From assembly GCA_964590575.1 (NCBI GenBank), contig CAZPWM010000015.1, positions 1-49,050 of the forward strand: a DNA stretch of 49,050 bases. Direction: 5' to 3'. The stretch comes from an uncultured archaeon (GTDB lineage Archaea > Asgardarchaeota > Thorarchaeia > Thorarchaeales > Thorarchaeaceae). The notes beneath the pieces are model-generated. The model saw nothing but the letters and a program-made list of their open reading frames with translations, did not search any database and was not told the DNA's origin. The position numbers and the translations under genes were made by a program. Below are positions 26,055 through 37,400 of the stretch, one piece after another. How positions within the stretch are numbered: the first letter of the stretch is position 1; each line of letters starts with the position of its first letter.

Positions 26055-27863
26055 CTATTTTTGCATTGGGGTATCGATGGCTCTATGTTTGATTTGAAGT
26101 TCATATAGTGAATAGTACTTACCTTTTCTTAACATCAAATCTCGATGTTTTCCAGATTCAATAATTCTCCCTTTTTCTAGGACAACAATTCTATCCGCAT
26201 TGACGATTGTTGAGAGTCTATGTGCAATGACGATTGAGGTTCGATTCTCTAGAAGCACTTTCATTCCTTTCTGAATTGCATGTTCTGTATAGATATCGAC
26301 TGAACTTGTAGCTTCATCAAGAATCAATATCTTAGGATCTGCAAGTAATGCTCTAGCAAAGCTTACGAGTTGTCGCTCGCCCTCAGAGAGCCTGCTACCT
26401 CTTTCCCCAACCTCCGTATCAAGACCATTCTCGAGATTCTCTATTATTCTTCTCGCACCTATCGCTTCAAGAGCGGCAATAATCTCGCTCTCAGTTGCAT
26501 CCTGACGACCATATCGTATGTTATCCTTCACGGTTCCCATGAACAAAAATGCATCCTGAAGTACAAGTCCTATCCTGGAATGGAGCGAGTTTTGAGTCAC
26601 AGTTCTGATATCAATACCATCAATCTCAATTGAGCCATCGAGTACATCATAGAACCTGTTCATTAAGTTCGCAATTGTTGTCTTTCCTGCACCTGTGTCT
26701 CCTACAACTGCCACTGTTTCTCCAGGGCGAATCTCAAGATTGAAGTTCTCTAAGATAAGAAGACCTTCCACATATCCGAAGGTTATGTTGTTGAAACGAA
26801 CATGACCCTTAATCTCAGGCATTAACTTAGCATCTGGATAGTCCTGGACTGCTGATTCTGAATCGATTACAGAAAATACTCGTTCTGCACCGGCAAAAGC
26901 ACTCTGGACTGATGTGTAGAAGTTTGCAATTGTAAGAATTGGACGGAAGAAGCTATCGCTGAACTGGATAAACATGACGATAGTACCTAGAGTGACTACG
27001 GGAACTAGAGTATCGTCAAGCATTAACATTCCACCAAAGAGGAGGATCACCGCTGTTCCAAGTCCACTGATGAATCGAATCACGGGGAAGAACGATGCTT
27101 GTGCCTTTCCTGCATCAACATTAGACTGGTAATCAGCCTCGTTCAATTCTGAAAAAATCTCCGCGCTGATTCTCTCCCTTGCGAAACTCTTGGTCACCTT
27201 TGCTCCAGAGATACTCTCAGCAAGATTTGATGTGACATTTGATATTGTCTTTCGTGTTCTACGGTATGCGTTTCGTAGCAGTTTCCGGAAGTATATGGTA
27301 GTGATAAGCAATATGGGAACTATTGATAACGAAATAAACGCCAGACGCCAATCAGCTGAGAACATTGCTACACCAATTGCAAAGACAATGAAAATCTGAG
27401 CGAATGCACTAATCAATTCTCCTCCAAGAAGTTCGCTCATCCTGTCAACATCATTTGTCAATCTTGAGATTATCCTCCCGCTTGATGAATGGTCATGAAA
27501 TTCTTCAGACATCTCTTGAACATGGTTGTACAGCTCTTGTCTGATATCAAAGATGGCTCTCTGTCCTATGAGTGCCATAAGGTAACCGCTTCCATAGTTC
27601 ATGACCCACGACATGATTTGGAGTGAGATGTACAATACTGCAGTGAAGATGATTGACCCCATAATTTCATTCACGAAATCGACATCAATGGCATGTCTCA
27701 ATACAAACGGAGTCCACACTCCAATCACTATGCTTACCGCGGTCAGGGCAACTACTGCCGCAAACAGCTTTTTGTATTCAAAGAGATACTTGACCATTCG
27801 GATGAGTAGCTCCGAATCGGTGTACTCATAGGTCCTTGCATCTGGATCATCAGCAGTATCCAA
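26055..27863 (-). CDS. ABC exporter half-transporter (TMD+NBD; canonical Walker B, degenerate signature)
   Basis: GDTGAGKT, LSEGE, ILILDEA, IAHR. Confidence 0.93.
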   Translation of the reverse strand: MDTADDPDARTYEYTDSELLIRMVKYLFEYKKLFAAVVALTAVSIVIGVWTPFVLRHAIDVDFVNEIMGSIIFTAVLYISLQIMSWVMNYGSGYLMALIGQRAIFDIRQELYNHVQEMSEEFHDHSSSGRIISRLTNDVDRMSELLGGELISAFAQIFIVFAIGVAMFSADWRLAFISLSIVPILLITTIYFRKLLRNAYRRTRKTISNVTSNLAESISGAKVTKSFARERISAEIFSELNEADYQSNVDAGKAQASFFPVIRFISGLGTAVILLFGGMLMLDDTLVPVVTLGTIVMFIQFSDSFFRPILTIANFYTSVQSAFAGAERVFSVIDSESAVQDYPDAKLMPEIKGHVRFNNITFGYVEGLLILENFNLEIRPGETVAVVGDTGAGKTTIANLMNRFYDVLDGSIEIDGIDIRTVTQNSLHSRIGLVLQDAFLFMGTVKDNIRYGRQDATESEIIAALEAIGARRIIENLENGLDTEVGERGSRLSEGERQLVSFARALLADPKILILDEATSSVDIYTEHAIQKGMKVLLENRTSIVIAHRLSTIVNADRIVVLEKGRIIESGKHRDLMLRKGKYYSLYELQIKHRAIDTPMQK

Positions 27864-27867
27864 AGAA

Positions 27868-29802
27868 CTACTCGTTGCTACTCCCCCCTTGGATTCCTGA
27901 TGCTGCTGATTTTGAGATCACCTTCGATGAGATACTTGCAGCCAATTCCATCTCAGTCAAAGTTTGATGTATGTTATAGTAAAGTCCCTCTTCTACAAGA
28001 AGACTCTCATGAGACCCCATTTCTACAATTTGTCCACGTTCCATCATCACAATTACGTCTGCGTTACGTACAGTACTCAGACGATGAGTGATGATGAAGG
28101 TTGTCCGCCCCTCCATTAAATTCTCTAATGCCTGTTGAATCATCATCTCTGTCCGTGCATCAACTGAGCTGGTAGAATCATCAAGAATCAGTATTTTTGG
28201 ATTAGCAAGCAGAGCTCTGGCAATAGCAATCCTTTGTTTTTGCCCTCCACTGAGAGTGACACCACGTTCACCTACTTCAGAGTCGTATCCGTCCTCGAGC
28301 GTCACAATAAAGTCATGAATCATGGCGGCTTTCGCCGCCTCCACAACCTCCTCAATAGAGGCTTCCGGACGTCCAAATGCAATGTTGCTTCTCAAAGATG
28401 CTGAAAAGAGGAATGGGTCTTGGTGTACAATGCCAATCCTTTTCCGCAGATCACTCAAGGCGTAGAGTCGAACATCCACGCCATCGATACAGAGGGTGCC
28501 TGGAGCTTGAACCTTGATATTCTCTCCGTTTATCTCAATCTGACCTTCATCTACCTTGAATTTTAAACCATCAATTGTGACATATCCCTTCCCATCAACA
28601 CGATGAATAACTCCGTTATACACAACTGTATAGTCATCATCGACATCATAGAATCTGGGAATTAGATTTACTAGACTTGTCTTTCCAGATCCAGTCCCTC
28701 CAAGTAATGCAACCACTTGACCTGGTTTTACATGAAGAGAGATGTCGCGAAGTATGTGTTTTTCCCCTCTATAGCTGAAGTGAACATTATCAAAATCAAC
28801 GGCTCCAGCGAAGTTAGAAGCATTAACAGGGTCCTCTGGTTCCATTACCTCTTCAACAGCGTCCAGTATGTAGAATGTTCGGTTTCCTGCGGCCGCCGCG
28901 CGCTCATACATTCCCACACCCCAGCTGAGGAAGCGTGCTGGTAGCATGAGCATTCCCACTAGGGATACGAAACCTACAAACTCACCCAGTGTTAGAGCAT
29001 CATTCACTATTGAAATCCCTCCAATATATATCAGAACGCCAGTGGTGAGTCCGAATATTGCAGGTAACATGGGCTGGAAGAGTGATTGTAATCTGCTGGC
29101 CTCCACTCTAAGGTCCAGAAATCCTCGATTCTCCTTCTCTACCCTCTTGGCCTCTCTCTCCTCTGAGGCATATGTTCTCACAACTTTATGTCCAACCACG
29201 TTCTCTGCGAGCACTGAGCTAAGAACTCCATATTGGTTCCGAGCTGCTCGAAATACTGGTCTGACCTTTCGAGCAAAGGAATAGATGAAGATGACTATGA
29301 CAGGAATCAACAGAAGCATATAGTATGTGAGGTCAGAATTGACATTCCACATCACAATGTATGTACCTATGAGTTGCACCGTACCGATGAAAATGACACG
29401 ATAGCCCCAAAACAGAAACTCCCTCATTGTACTGACATCAGTAGTCACCCGCGCGAGAAGCTGACCTGTTTCGTTCTCATCGTAAAACGCCAAATCTTTC
29501 TCCATTAGACTCTGATAGAGTTCCTCTCGCAAGGTATAGATGACCCCTTGCGAGGAGATTGCTGCTCCATACCGTCCAATCATGTCAAAGAGCGCATAGA
29601 GAAGGCCCAGTCCAACAAAGACAATGATATAGGGAAGTAGCAATTCTAGCTGATTACCAATAAGCACACTGTCCACTATTTCGACCATCACGAGTGGAGT
29701 TAGAAGATTGAACATAGTACCGATGGCTGCTGACGTAAGGAAGCCAAAAAACAGACCCTTGCGTCTCATCGAGTAACCTGTGAGTCTTCTAATGTTACCC
29801 AT
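27868..29802 (-). CDS. ABC exporter half-transporter (TMD+NBD; degenerate Walker B) with NBD insertion
   Basis: GGTGSGKT, LSGGQ, ILILDDS, ITHR; forms a TM287/288-type heterodimer pair with its neighbour. Confidence 0.93.
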   Translation of the reverse strand: MGNIRRLTGYSMRRKGLFFGFLTSAAIGTMFNLLTPLVMVEIVDSVLIGNQLELLLPYIIVFVGLGLLYALFDMIGRYGAAISSQGVIYTLREELYQSLMEKDLAFYDENETGQLLARVTTDVSTMREFLFWGYRVIFIGTVQLIGTYIVMWNVNSDLTYYMLLLIPVIVIFIYSFARKVRPVFRAARNQYGVLSSVLAENVVGHKVVRTYASEEREAKRVEKENRGFLDLRVEASRLQSLFQPMLPAIFGLTTGVLIYIGGISIVNDALTLGEFVGFVSLVGMLMLPARFLSWGVGMYERAAAAGNRTFYILDAVEEVMEPEDPVNASNFAGAVDFDNVHFSYRGEKHILRDISLHVKPGQVVALLGGTGSGKTSLVNLIPRFYDVDDDYTVVYNGVIHRVDGKGYVTIDGLKFKVDEGQIEINGENIKVQAPGTLCIDGVDVRLYALSDLRKRIGIVHQDPFLFSASLRSNIAFGRPEASIEEVVEAAKAAMIHDFIVTLEDGYDSEVGERGVTLSGGQKQRIAIARALLANPKILILDDSTSSVDARTEMMIQQALENLMEGRTTFIITHRLSTVRNADVIVMMERGQIVEMGSHESLLVEEGLYYNIHQTLTEMELAASISSKVISKSAASGIQGGSSNE

Positions 29803-29874
29803 TCATTCAGCTCCAATTCCGTCGGGACAATTCATGGATGATAAGACTTGTGCAGCGGGTATTTGTATTATCTT

Positions 29875-30297
29875 TTATCTGCTACAATTCTCTGCAAGTT
29901 TGCCTCCAAGCGTACGGCACTGATCAAGAATCGAATCACTCGGATAATCTTTAGCTTTTATTGGCCCTTTCTCGAGAAGAGTTGCGCCTGTTTCTGATAA
30001 TTTGCTTGCAATCTCATCAGGAGCTTCTCCGCTCCATCCATAGGATCCAAAAGCTGCTGCTGGTAGTCCATTAAGTTGTGGTAGTTCCGATAGTATTCTT
30101 TTGATCATTGGGAGTGTTTTCTTCATCCTAGTTGAGCTTCCGAGTGCTAAACCACAGAACCCATCTAGTCCGGTAAACTGCTTTGCATCAATCACTTGAC
30201 ATTCAGCTCCTGCTGAAACTACACCCTCGCAAATTGCTTCAGCCATTGCTTTTGTTCTGCCCCGGGTGCTTTCGTATACTACTGCAACTTTCATCAT
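29875..30297 (-). CDS. Flavodoxin-like protein
   Basis: VYESTRGRTKAMAEAI and AFGSYGWSG; ATG 30297 likely start. Confidence 0.88.
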   Translation of the reverse strand: MMKVAVVYESTRGRTKAMAEAICEGVVSAGAECQVIDAKQFTGLDGFCGLALGSSTRMKKTLPMIKRILSELPQLNGLPAAAFGSYGWSGEAPDEIASKLSETGATLLEKGPIKAKDYPSDSILDQCRTLGGKLAENCSR

Positions 30298-30406
30298 GAG
30301 TCTAGCAAAAAATATGTAAGTCAAACAAAAGAGTATCGAATTAGGACTTTCACACTTGATTGAACCAGTGTGTAGATAAAGCTATAGGGGATTAGAATAA
30401 ACAAGT

Positions 30407-31090
30407 ATGAACGATGGTACAGTCACTGTCAAAATCCGTCTAAAAGCTAAGAAGATATGCGATGTTCTGATTCGCTATTACGGAAAGGCAGTAAGCGCAC
30501 GAAAACTACCCCCACTCGATGAACTTGTGATGACCATCCTAAGCCAGCACACAAATGATGTTAACATGTTTCGTGCATATGAATCTCTCAAGGAAAGATT
30601 CTCAACATGGGAAGAAGTACTTGACGCGCCTCAGGAAGAAGTGGCTCTCTTCATTCGCTCATCAGGGATGTATAACCTGAAGGCAAAGCGTATTCAAACT
30701 GCGCTCAGAGAGATACATGAACGAGTTGGTCGACTTGATCTTTCCCTTCTTGAAACCATGGATGTGAAGGAAGCAAAAAAATGGCTGACCTCTCTTCATG
30801 GAGTTGGTCCGAAAACAGCAGCAATAGTACTACTCTTCTCATTCGAACGACCTGTTTTGCCAGTCGACACTCATGTGTGGAGGGTTACCAAACGTCTTGG
30901 TCTAATTGAGGAGAATGTTTCTCGTGAGAAAGCTCATGTCCTTCTTGAGGAGATAATGCCTCGACATTGTATTCCCTCTTTGAACAAGAATCTAGTCCGT
31001 CATGGTCGAGAAGTCTGTCGGGCACAGAATCCCAATTGCGATGAGTGTTTTCTGAGTCACCTGTGCAAATACTATGAATCACTCAAATGA
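30407..31090 (+). CDS. nth: Endonuclease III (HhH-GPD, 4Fe-4S)
   Basis: ILSQHT, LHGVGPKTA, PVDTHV and CRAQNPNCDECFLSHLC. Confidence 0.92.
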   Translation: MNDGTVTVKIRLKAKKICDVLIRYYGKAVSARKLPPLDELVMTILSQHTNDVNMFRAYESLKERFSTWEEVLDAPQEEVALFIRSSGMYNLKAKRIQTALREIHERVGRLDLSLLETMDVKEAKKWLTSLHGVGPKTAAIVLLFSFERPVLPVDTHVWRVTKRLGLIEENVSREKAHVLLEEIMPRHCIPSLNKNLVRHGREVCRAQNPNCDECFLSHLCKYYESLK

Positions 31091-31225
31091 GAAAGATATT
31101 CCAATCATCATCGAACCAGTTAGACATGTGTTTTAAAGTGGTTACCTATACACCATTTTAAAAGGCAAATTACTTTTTTCTAAGATAAATAACTATTCAA
31201 ATCCCGGCTCGGAGTGAATTGTTAG

Positions 31226-32569
31226 ATGCAGGTTGCCTTCATAACAGAACCTCTATTGTTGATAGGTTTAGCTCTTGTTCTAGCATACTTCGGCGCTTTG
31301 ATTATGAAGAGATTTGGAATTCCTCAGATTCTAGGTTTCATGGTTGCAGGCCTGTTTCTTGGCACAATTGGCTTGCTTGATGACGCAACTCGAATTGCAT
31401 TATTCCCTCTTGTTGAACTAGCTTTGGGACTTATTGGATATAATATAGGACTCGAGATAAGAAAGGAGGTCTTTAGTGGGCAAACACGACGAATGTCTGT
31501 CATACTCATTTTCGAATCAATATTGACATTTGTCATAGTCACGACTCTAACTGGATTCCTACTTGGACAATGGCATATTGCTGTAGTTTTTGGAGCGCTC
31601 GCCAGTGCAACTGATCCCGCGTCTACTGTGATGGTGATTTGGGAACGTAGGTGTCAAGGAAATCTTACTGACACCTTGATGTTTGTTCTTGCATTGGATG
31701 ATGTCATAGCCATTCTTTTGGCCAATGGCGCAATTGCGGTGGCAGCTCTATTCTATGCTGTCCCTGGTACTCTGACTCTTCTTGGTGCAGTAGGTCGCCT
31801 AATTATTGATATAATTGCATCATCTAGTATTGGTGCAATTCTTGGATTTGTGATGGTCTATTTTGTCAATAGAGCAGAGATTCGTCGTGAGATACTGGAA
31901 TTTGAGTTTGGGATCATTGTCCTGATTGTTGGACTAATGTCTTGGTTACATCTGAGCTCAATACTATCTTGCATGGTCTTTGGTTTTGTTGTTGGTAATT
32001 ATGTAAGACCTGAGAAGGAACCTGTCTGTAAGACGTTGAAGGCGGTAATGTCTCCCATAGTGATGATTTTCTTTGTCATAGTAGGTGCATCCTTAGACCT
32101 TGGAGTCATAGCAAACTTCTTTGTGGTTCTTCTCGCAACTGCCTATGTCGGAGGAAGGACCTTTGCCAAATACTTTGGAGCTAGGGTCGGAGCACAAATT
32201 ACTGGAACCCCCGCTTTAACAACAAAATATCTGGGACTATGTCTCATGTCACAGGCTGGAGTGGCAGTTGGCCTCTCTTTGGTGGTAGAGCAAAACTTCC
32301 TCTCAATTGGTAATGCAGACGCAATATTCTATGGTGTCCTGATTCTCAATGTGATTGCATTGACTACTATGATCCTTCAAATGTTTGGTCCAATAGCCGC
32401 AAGTGAAGGTCTACGAAAAGCGGGGGAGTATCCGGTAGAACCCTGTGAGGATGAAAAACTACTTGAAATCGAAACCAGCTCCTCAACTGATCAATTGAAT
32501 AGCAATCAGGAACCATCCAATACTACCGGATTGCAGGACTCTTTTGATGAATTCCTGGAAGAAGGATAA
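31226..32569 (+). CDS. Cation:proton antiporter (CPA family)
   Basis: IGLE, ATDPA, LALDD, FFVIVGASL and SQAGVAVGL; many TMs. Confidence 0.9.
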   Translation: MQVAFITEPLLLIGLALVLAYFGALIMKRFGIPQILGFMVAGLFLGTIGLLDDATRIALFPLVELALGLIGYNIGLEIRKEVFSGQTRRMSVILIFESILTFVIVTTLTGFLLGQWHIAVVFGALASATDPASTVMVIWERRCQGNLTDTLMFVLALDDVIAILLANGAIAVAALFYAVPGTLTLLGAVGRLIIDIIASSSIGAILGFVMVYFVNRAEIRREILEFEFGIIVLIVGLMSWLHLSSILSCMVFGFVVGNYVRPEKEPVCKTLKAVMSPIVMIFFVIVGASLDLGVIANFFVVLLATAYVGGRTFAKYFGARVGAQITGTPALTTKYLGLCLMSQAGVAVGLSLVVEQNFLSIGNADAIFYGVLILNVIALTTMILQMFGPIAASEGLRKAGEYPVEPCEDEKLLEIETSSSTDQLNSNQEPSNTTGLQDSFDEFLEEG

Positions 32570-32611
32570 TCTTCATACATCTTATCAGAATGTTCGTATG
32601 GAAAATATTCT

Positions 32612-32905
32612 ATGACTAACTTGGATTGCATACGAAATGAGTCCTGATTCATCCTGTGTAGAGTTATCAAGCAGGAGGGAACATGCCCTGCCAAACACAA
32701 GGTTGGAGATGAAATCGTCTTCACTGATGATGAAGTCAGAGGAAAGATATAGTCTTGCGCCCACTACTCAATACTTCCGAAAGTCTATGCTATGATGTAT
32801 AACGCCAGATTTCCTTGGCTGAAAGATCAATGTGTTGCTACGCATGCATGTCCGGATGGATTCAACCCACTAATGTACGAATTGCGTCGTGTCCCTCGAG
32901 AATGA
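32612..32905 (+). pseudogene. Interrupted TIGR04076-like small Cys protein (in-frame TGA 32645 and TAG 32750)
   Basis: One frame reads ..ILCRVIKQEGTCPAKHKVGDEIVF..GKI*SCAHYSILPKVYAMMYNARFPWL..HACPDGFNPLMYELRR. Confidence 0.7.
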
Positions 32906-32906
32906 A

Positions 32907-33284
32907 TCAGAAATTCTCATCGATGACCTCATCTACCTCTTCGAGAAGTGGGTCCTCGTTTGGGTCCATCAGTGGGGCAAATGTGTCCTGCAAGTCTTCC
33001 AACACACCATCTTTCTCTGGACGGTTTGACATGACCGGTGCGATACGACCATACCATCCACAGTCAATGCAGTAGAGTGCAGGTTGGAACGAACCTGGAA
33101 ATACTCCGAGGTCATGAGCTGATGTTAGATTGACAAGACGAGGGCTCTTACAGATGGGACAAACGGGTATATCCACATCAAACCCCTTCCTTCTCCACTC
33201 ATCCAGCGCCTGTCTCACAGCCATGAGTCTCCTAAGTTCTTCTAGTTCTTTTCGAGATAGTTGTCCTGTGACTGGTCTTGACAT
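32907..33284 (-). CDS. Zinc-ribbon protein with acidic tail
   Basis: CPICKS...YCIDCGWYG; ATG 33284 likely start. Confidence 0.7.
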   Translation of the reverse strand: MSRPVTGQLSRKELEELRRLMAVRQALDEWRRKGFDVDIPVCPICKSPRLVNLTSAHDLGVFPGSFQPALYCIDCGWYGRIAPVMSNRPEKDGVLEDLQDTFAPLMDPNEDPLLEEVDEVIDENF

Positions 33285-33604
33285 TAAAGGCACCATGTTG
33301 ACTGGCTGAGAAGTCAATTTACCTTTTGTGATAGACGACTGCTTGTACCAGAGTACGAGGTTAGACGCATTCATAAGTCCTGATACATTCATCAGTTGCA
33401 GGTGTTGCGTTTGGCACCAGCGGGGCAAATTTTCTTGACAGCTTTGAGGAAAGATTGGGAGAAAACAAAAAAAGACTGAGTAAGGTCTTACTCTGGAACC
33501 ACAGCTGGGATTGTATTTGTTATTGAGCTCTAGTATGCATCAAAGAAGTGTGAGTAGCGTCAGATTTATAAGATAACCATAGTTAACGATCATTGGGAGT
33601 TTTT

Positions 33605-34408
33605 ATGTCAGTAAATTATAAGAAATTTCAAATCATAAACATCTTCGCAGTATTGTTCACCATTGTAATGAACGCACTAGCAAACATACTACCTTTCAAC
33701 GGAGTGAACACCGGAATTGTAGCTGATTCGTTCCCCAATTATTTCACCCCACCGGGTTATGTCTTTGCGATCTGGGGTGTCATCTACGTCCTTCTCTTTG
33801 TCTTCATGATTTACCAAGCAAAGAAGGACCAATTGAATGCAGAATACTTGGGTAAGATTGGCTACTTGTATTTCATTGGTGCACTATTGAATGTGGCTTG
33901 GCTAATTCTATTCCACTATTCCTATGGCAACACACCTCTACTAGTTTGGAGTGAGCTTCTCATCGTGGGATTCCTAGTAGTCTTGCTATTGACCTATGTC
34001 CGTTTGGAGGTCGGAATTAAAGAAGTTACACTCGGACAGAAGTTAGCTATCCATCTTCCAACCAGTGTCTACTTGGGATGGATTTCATTAGCTACTATAG
34101 CAAACACTGCTGCAGTCTTGAACGCGAACCTGACAATTGCTGATGAGGTTCAATACACCTGGACAGCTTTGGTCCTTATTGTCGCACTTCTCATAACTAC
34201 TCTGATGATTGTGTTGAGAAGGGACATTGCTTATGGCCTTGTTGTGATTTGGGCTTCAACTGGCATTGCATCAAAATGGATGTCAATCGCTCTAATCTCT
34301 AATACTGCCATTATTGTTGCAGTAGTTGTAGCACTACTAATCTTGATAGTGCCCTTTATCCGGAAAAAGAACTGGGTCGATTACTACCTCGTTCGAAATC
34401 TCGAGTAG
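33605..34408 (+). CDS. TspO/MBR-related tryptophan-rich membrane protein
   Basis: FTPPGYVFAIWGVIY, LNVAW and SVYLGWISLATIAN. Confidence 0.82.
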   Translation: MSVNYKKFQIINIFAVLFTIVMNALANILPFNGVNTGIVADSFPNYFTPPGYVFAIWGVIYVLLFVFMIYQAKKDQLNAEYLGKIGYLYFIGALLNVAWLILFHYSYGNTPLLVWSELLIVGFLVVLLLTYVRLEVGIKEVTLGQKLAIHLPTSVYLGWISLATIANTAAVLNANLTIADEVQYTWTALVLIVALLITTLMIVLRRDIAYGLVVIWASTGIASKWMSIALISNTAIIVAVVVALLILIVPFIRKKNWVDYYLVRNLE

Positions 34409-34417
34409 AGAGTCCAT

Positions 34418-34448
34418 GGTGAGAGGTCACTCTCTCACCTTTTTGTTT
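34418..34448 (+). terminator. Hairpin plus T tract
   Basis: GGTGAGAG/CTCTCACC followed by TTTTTGTTT. Confidence 0.65.
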
Positions 34449-37400
34449 CAGCCCTCTTCCTCTATAGGTTCAGGAGCTCTAATTATTTCTGTTGCAAAGG
34501 GAGACTTGTCCGTTGTAACTAGATAGTGGTTCTCGAGAGCGCGCATGATTGATTGATAGACTCGCCCCTCTTCAAGACCACAAGCTGATATTTCTGAGGC
34601 TAGTTCTTCCAGTTTGAATTCTTCACCCTGCTTTCGAGCTATCCGCTCATCGGCACAGGTAGATGTTGGAAACTTTTTCGCGTCATCTAGCTTGTATGTT
34701 CTCAAAAGCGCCCCATCTAGAATATCATCAAATAGTGAATCAAATTGTATTGTAGTGTGATGATCGAGCACCACAACGGGGACATTTTCCATGGTATCGT
34801 CAAAGATGAAACCGACTGTCTTTGCAAACTGGATCATCCGCTCACGTTGTTCCGCTGAAGGATTGCTAGTTGTGATGAAAGCACATACTAGTTTGTTCGT
34901 GGAAATCACTCTGACAATATCTGAGATTGGAATCAAACCCCATTCCTCCGATGAGCTCTCGATGTCAAACTCACCTCGGAAACTAGTGATTGCAGTGATA
35001 AATGCTGAAATTACAGTCTCTTCAAGACCCTCTCTGAGGATCTTCGAGTAAACTGGCAGTCCACTTTCCTTGTGGAGGACAATAACTCCAAGAAGGCTTC
35101 TGACATCATCGAAGCGTCGCTTTATTGCATGGGTTATCTTGTTTTGTCTGATTCTGTTTTTTCTCGCACTTCTTCTGTAGACAAGTCCAATTGCCAAAGC
35201 TACTATTCCGAGGTAGATATAGGAGTATTGGCGGACTGACAAAAATAACATTGTAGTAATATCTCTTCCAGGCTGTAGTTGCATTATCAGTGGTTCCTCT
35301 AAACCGAAATAAAGTGCTTCACATGAAATCTCGATGTAGAATATACCATCTGCAGGAGGCATATCTAAAGATGCAACATAGATACCTGGAGAAGACTCGT
35401 CCATAGATACCCGGTCACCATATGGGGTACCATCTGAAGCGCGAATGTCATAGAACACAGTTGCACCAATGACCGGGGTTCCAGCGTCCCTCTCGGTAAT
35501 ATTGACCATGAGTGTTGATACAAACCCCTCAGGTCCTTGTAATCCTTGCAGGACTTGAATTGATACAGGAACCTCCTCAACAGTGAACAAGAACTGTTTA
35601 GTGGCTCGATGATGGTCTGTCTTGTTCGCGGAGACTGTGAGTGACCATGAACCAATCGCTTCACCCCTGATAGTGATAACGTAGTATCCGACGTACTCTG
35701 TAATATCTATCACAAGCCCCGGATCCTGAACCAGAACCGTGATATCAGCTCCATCTACGTTGACAGGAACCGGAGTATCGGACCTGTAATAGTAAACAGT
35801 GAGATGGTACGGGTGTTGGTATTCAACAAGCGTTGAAGATACGCCCCCTTCAAAAGACAAAGTAGTCGGTATCTCAGTAGCTGAGAGTGTGAAAGCTGCA
35901 CTTGAACTCTGATAGTTATCCGCTGACGCTCTAAACAAAAAGTCGAAGCTACCAATACCCAGAGGAGTCAATGTGAAATTGTATAGACCCCCACCTAGAG
36001 GAATGACATCAGATATCAGTAATCCACTGGGCGGGTTAATCACCACGAGGTTTGCGAAATCTATTGGGTTCAAACCTTCATCTTGGAACCGTAGTTGAAC
36101 TGTAAAGTTCTTATCAACAGCAATGCTGGCACTTGAAGGCAGTGAAGTGAGTACTGTTGGAATTCCTGTTGCTGTGATTGTGAAGGTTGCATATTGAGTT
36201 TCGTGATTCAAGATACTTGCACTAATGACCACCGAGTAAGTCCCCGCAGATGATGGAATTAGTGTAATCTCGTAATATCCATCAATAACGTGCGAGAAGT
36301 TTGTGTGAATCAAACCCGTTCCTGGAGTCACAGTCACTACTTGTAAGTCTGCACCAGAAAGACCTACGCCAGTACTATTTCTATACTCAACGACTAGAGT
36401 GTAGTTGTTTCCAAATAGAACAACATCTGAGGTGCCATTCAGAAGGTCGAGATCGCTCCCTGTTTTTCCGATGATAAGAGTAAATGAGTCTGATGTATTG
36501 TAATGGTATGGTTTTGAGAGTCCAATTGTGACCTCATAGGTTGCAGATATGTCACATACAATATCCACTGAATAATGTCCATTGTTATTATCCACAAAGT
36601 GCTGCCAAGAGCAACCTCCTCCTGGACCTGCATAGGTAATGAATGGCAAAGCTCCTGGAATGCCAGTCCCATTTAGGAACTCAAAATCAATTTGCGCTGT
36701 AAATATCTCATTAAGTCCCTTCTCAACCAAACCTGAGGCCACATTCAGTATCTCTATGTTGGTTTCATAAAATGAAACTACCGTGAACTGTGTAGACACT
36801 TGATTAAAATAGGGTCTTGAAGCTGTAACTACTACAACAAACTGCCCCCCACCAATTAAGGATGTATCAAAATCTGCTTCCCACCAATTCTTTGCATAAT
36901 TTTGTGTAAATGGGATAACGGTACTTGACCAATTAGCCTCAATGGCGACGCTATCATCTAATAGGTACTCGTTCGTATCTGCATCCTTGAAAGTGATAAG
37001 ATTTGAAATCGTTAGGCTATAGTCCGTTTCAATAAGGGGGTAAGTTGCAACAATCGAAGCAGAGTGGTAGAGATCGAAGGTCACTGATTCATAGGCTATT
37101 TCAGTTCCATTAGTCCAGAGAACATCAATAGACCATTCACCAGCAGTGGTGTTTGTGCTACCAAGTGTCCAAGAAGAGCTAGTGACAGAACCACTCACCA
37201 TTGTGGAAATTGAATCAATAGTCCAAGGAGTATCATTTGGCAAGAACCAAGTTATATTGACTGGGTTTCCTCCCACCGGTGTTACACTTGAAGTTCCTAT
37301 CTCCACCTGTACTCGCGTATCATTACCGGGTCTAAAGAGTGAATTCTCTGACCAATCACTAATGCTTTGGTCAAACACCTGAACTGAGGTGTTTTTGGCA

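Noticed and set aside
28480-28650. Intein in the ABC NBD
   Set aside because: Only ~45 aa, with no N-terminal Cys/Ser or C-terminal His-Asn
32815-33075. 86-aa Cys/Ser-rich + strand ORF in the track
   Set aside because: Off-frame to the TIGR04076-like remnant and antisense to the zinc-ribbon gene
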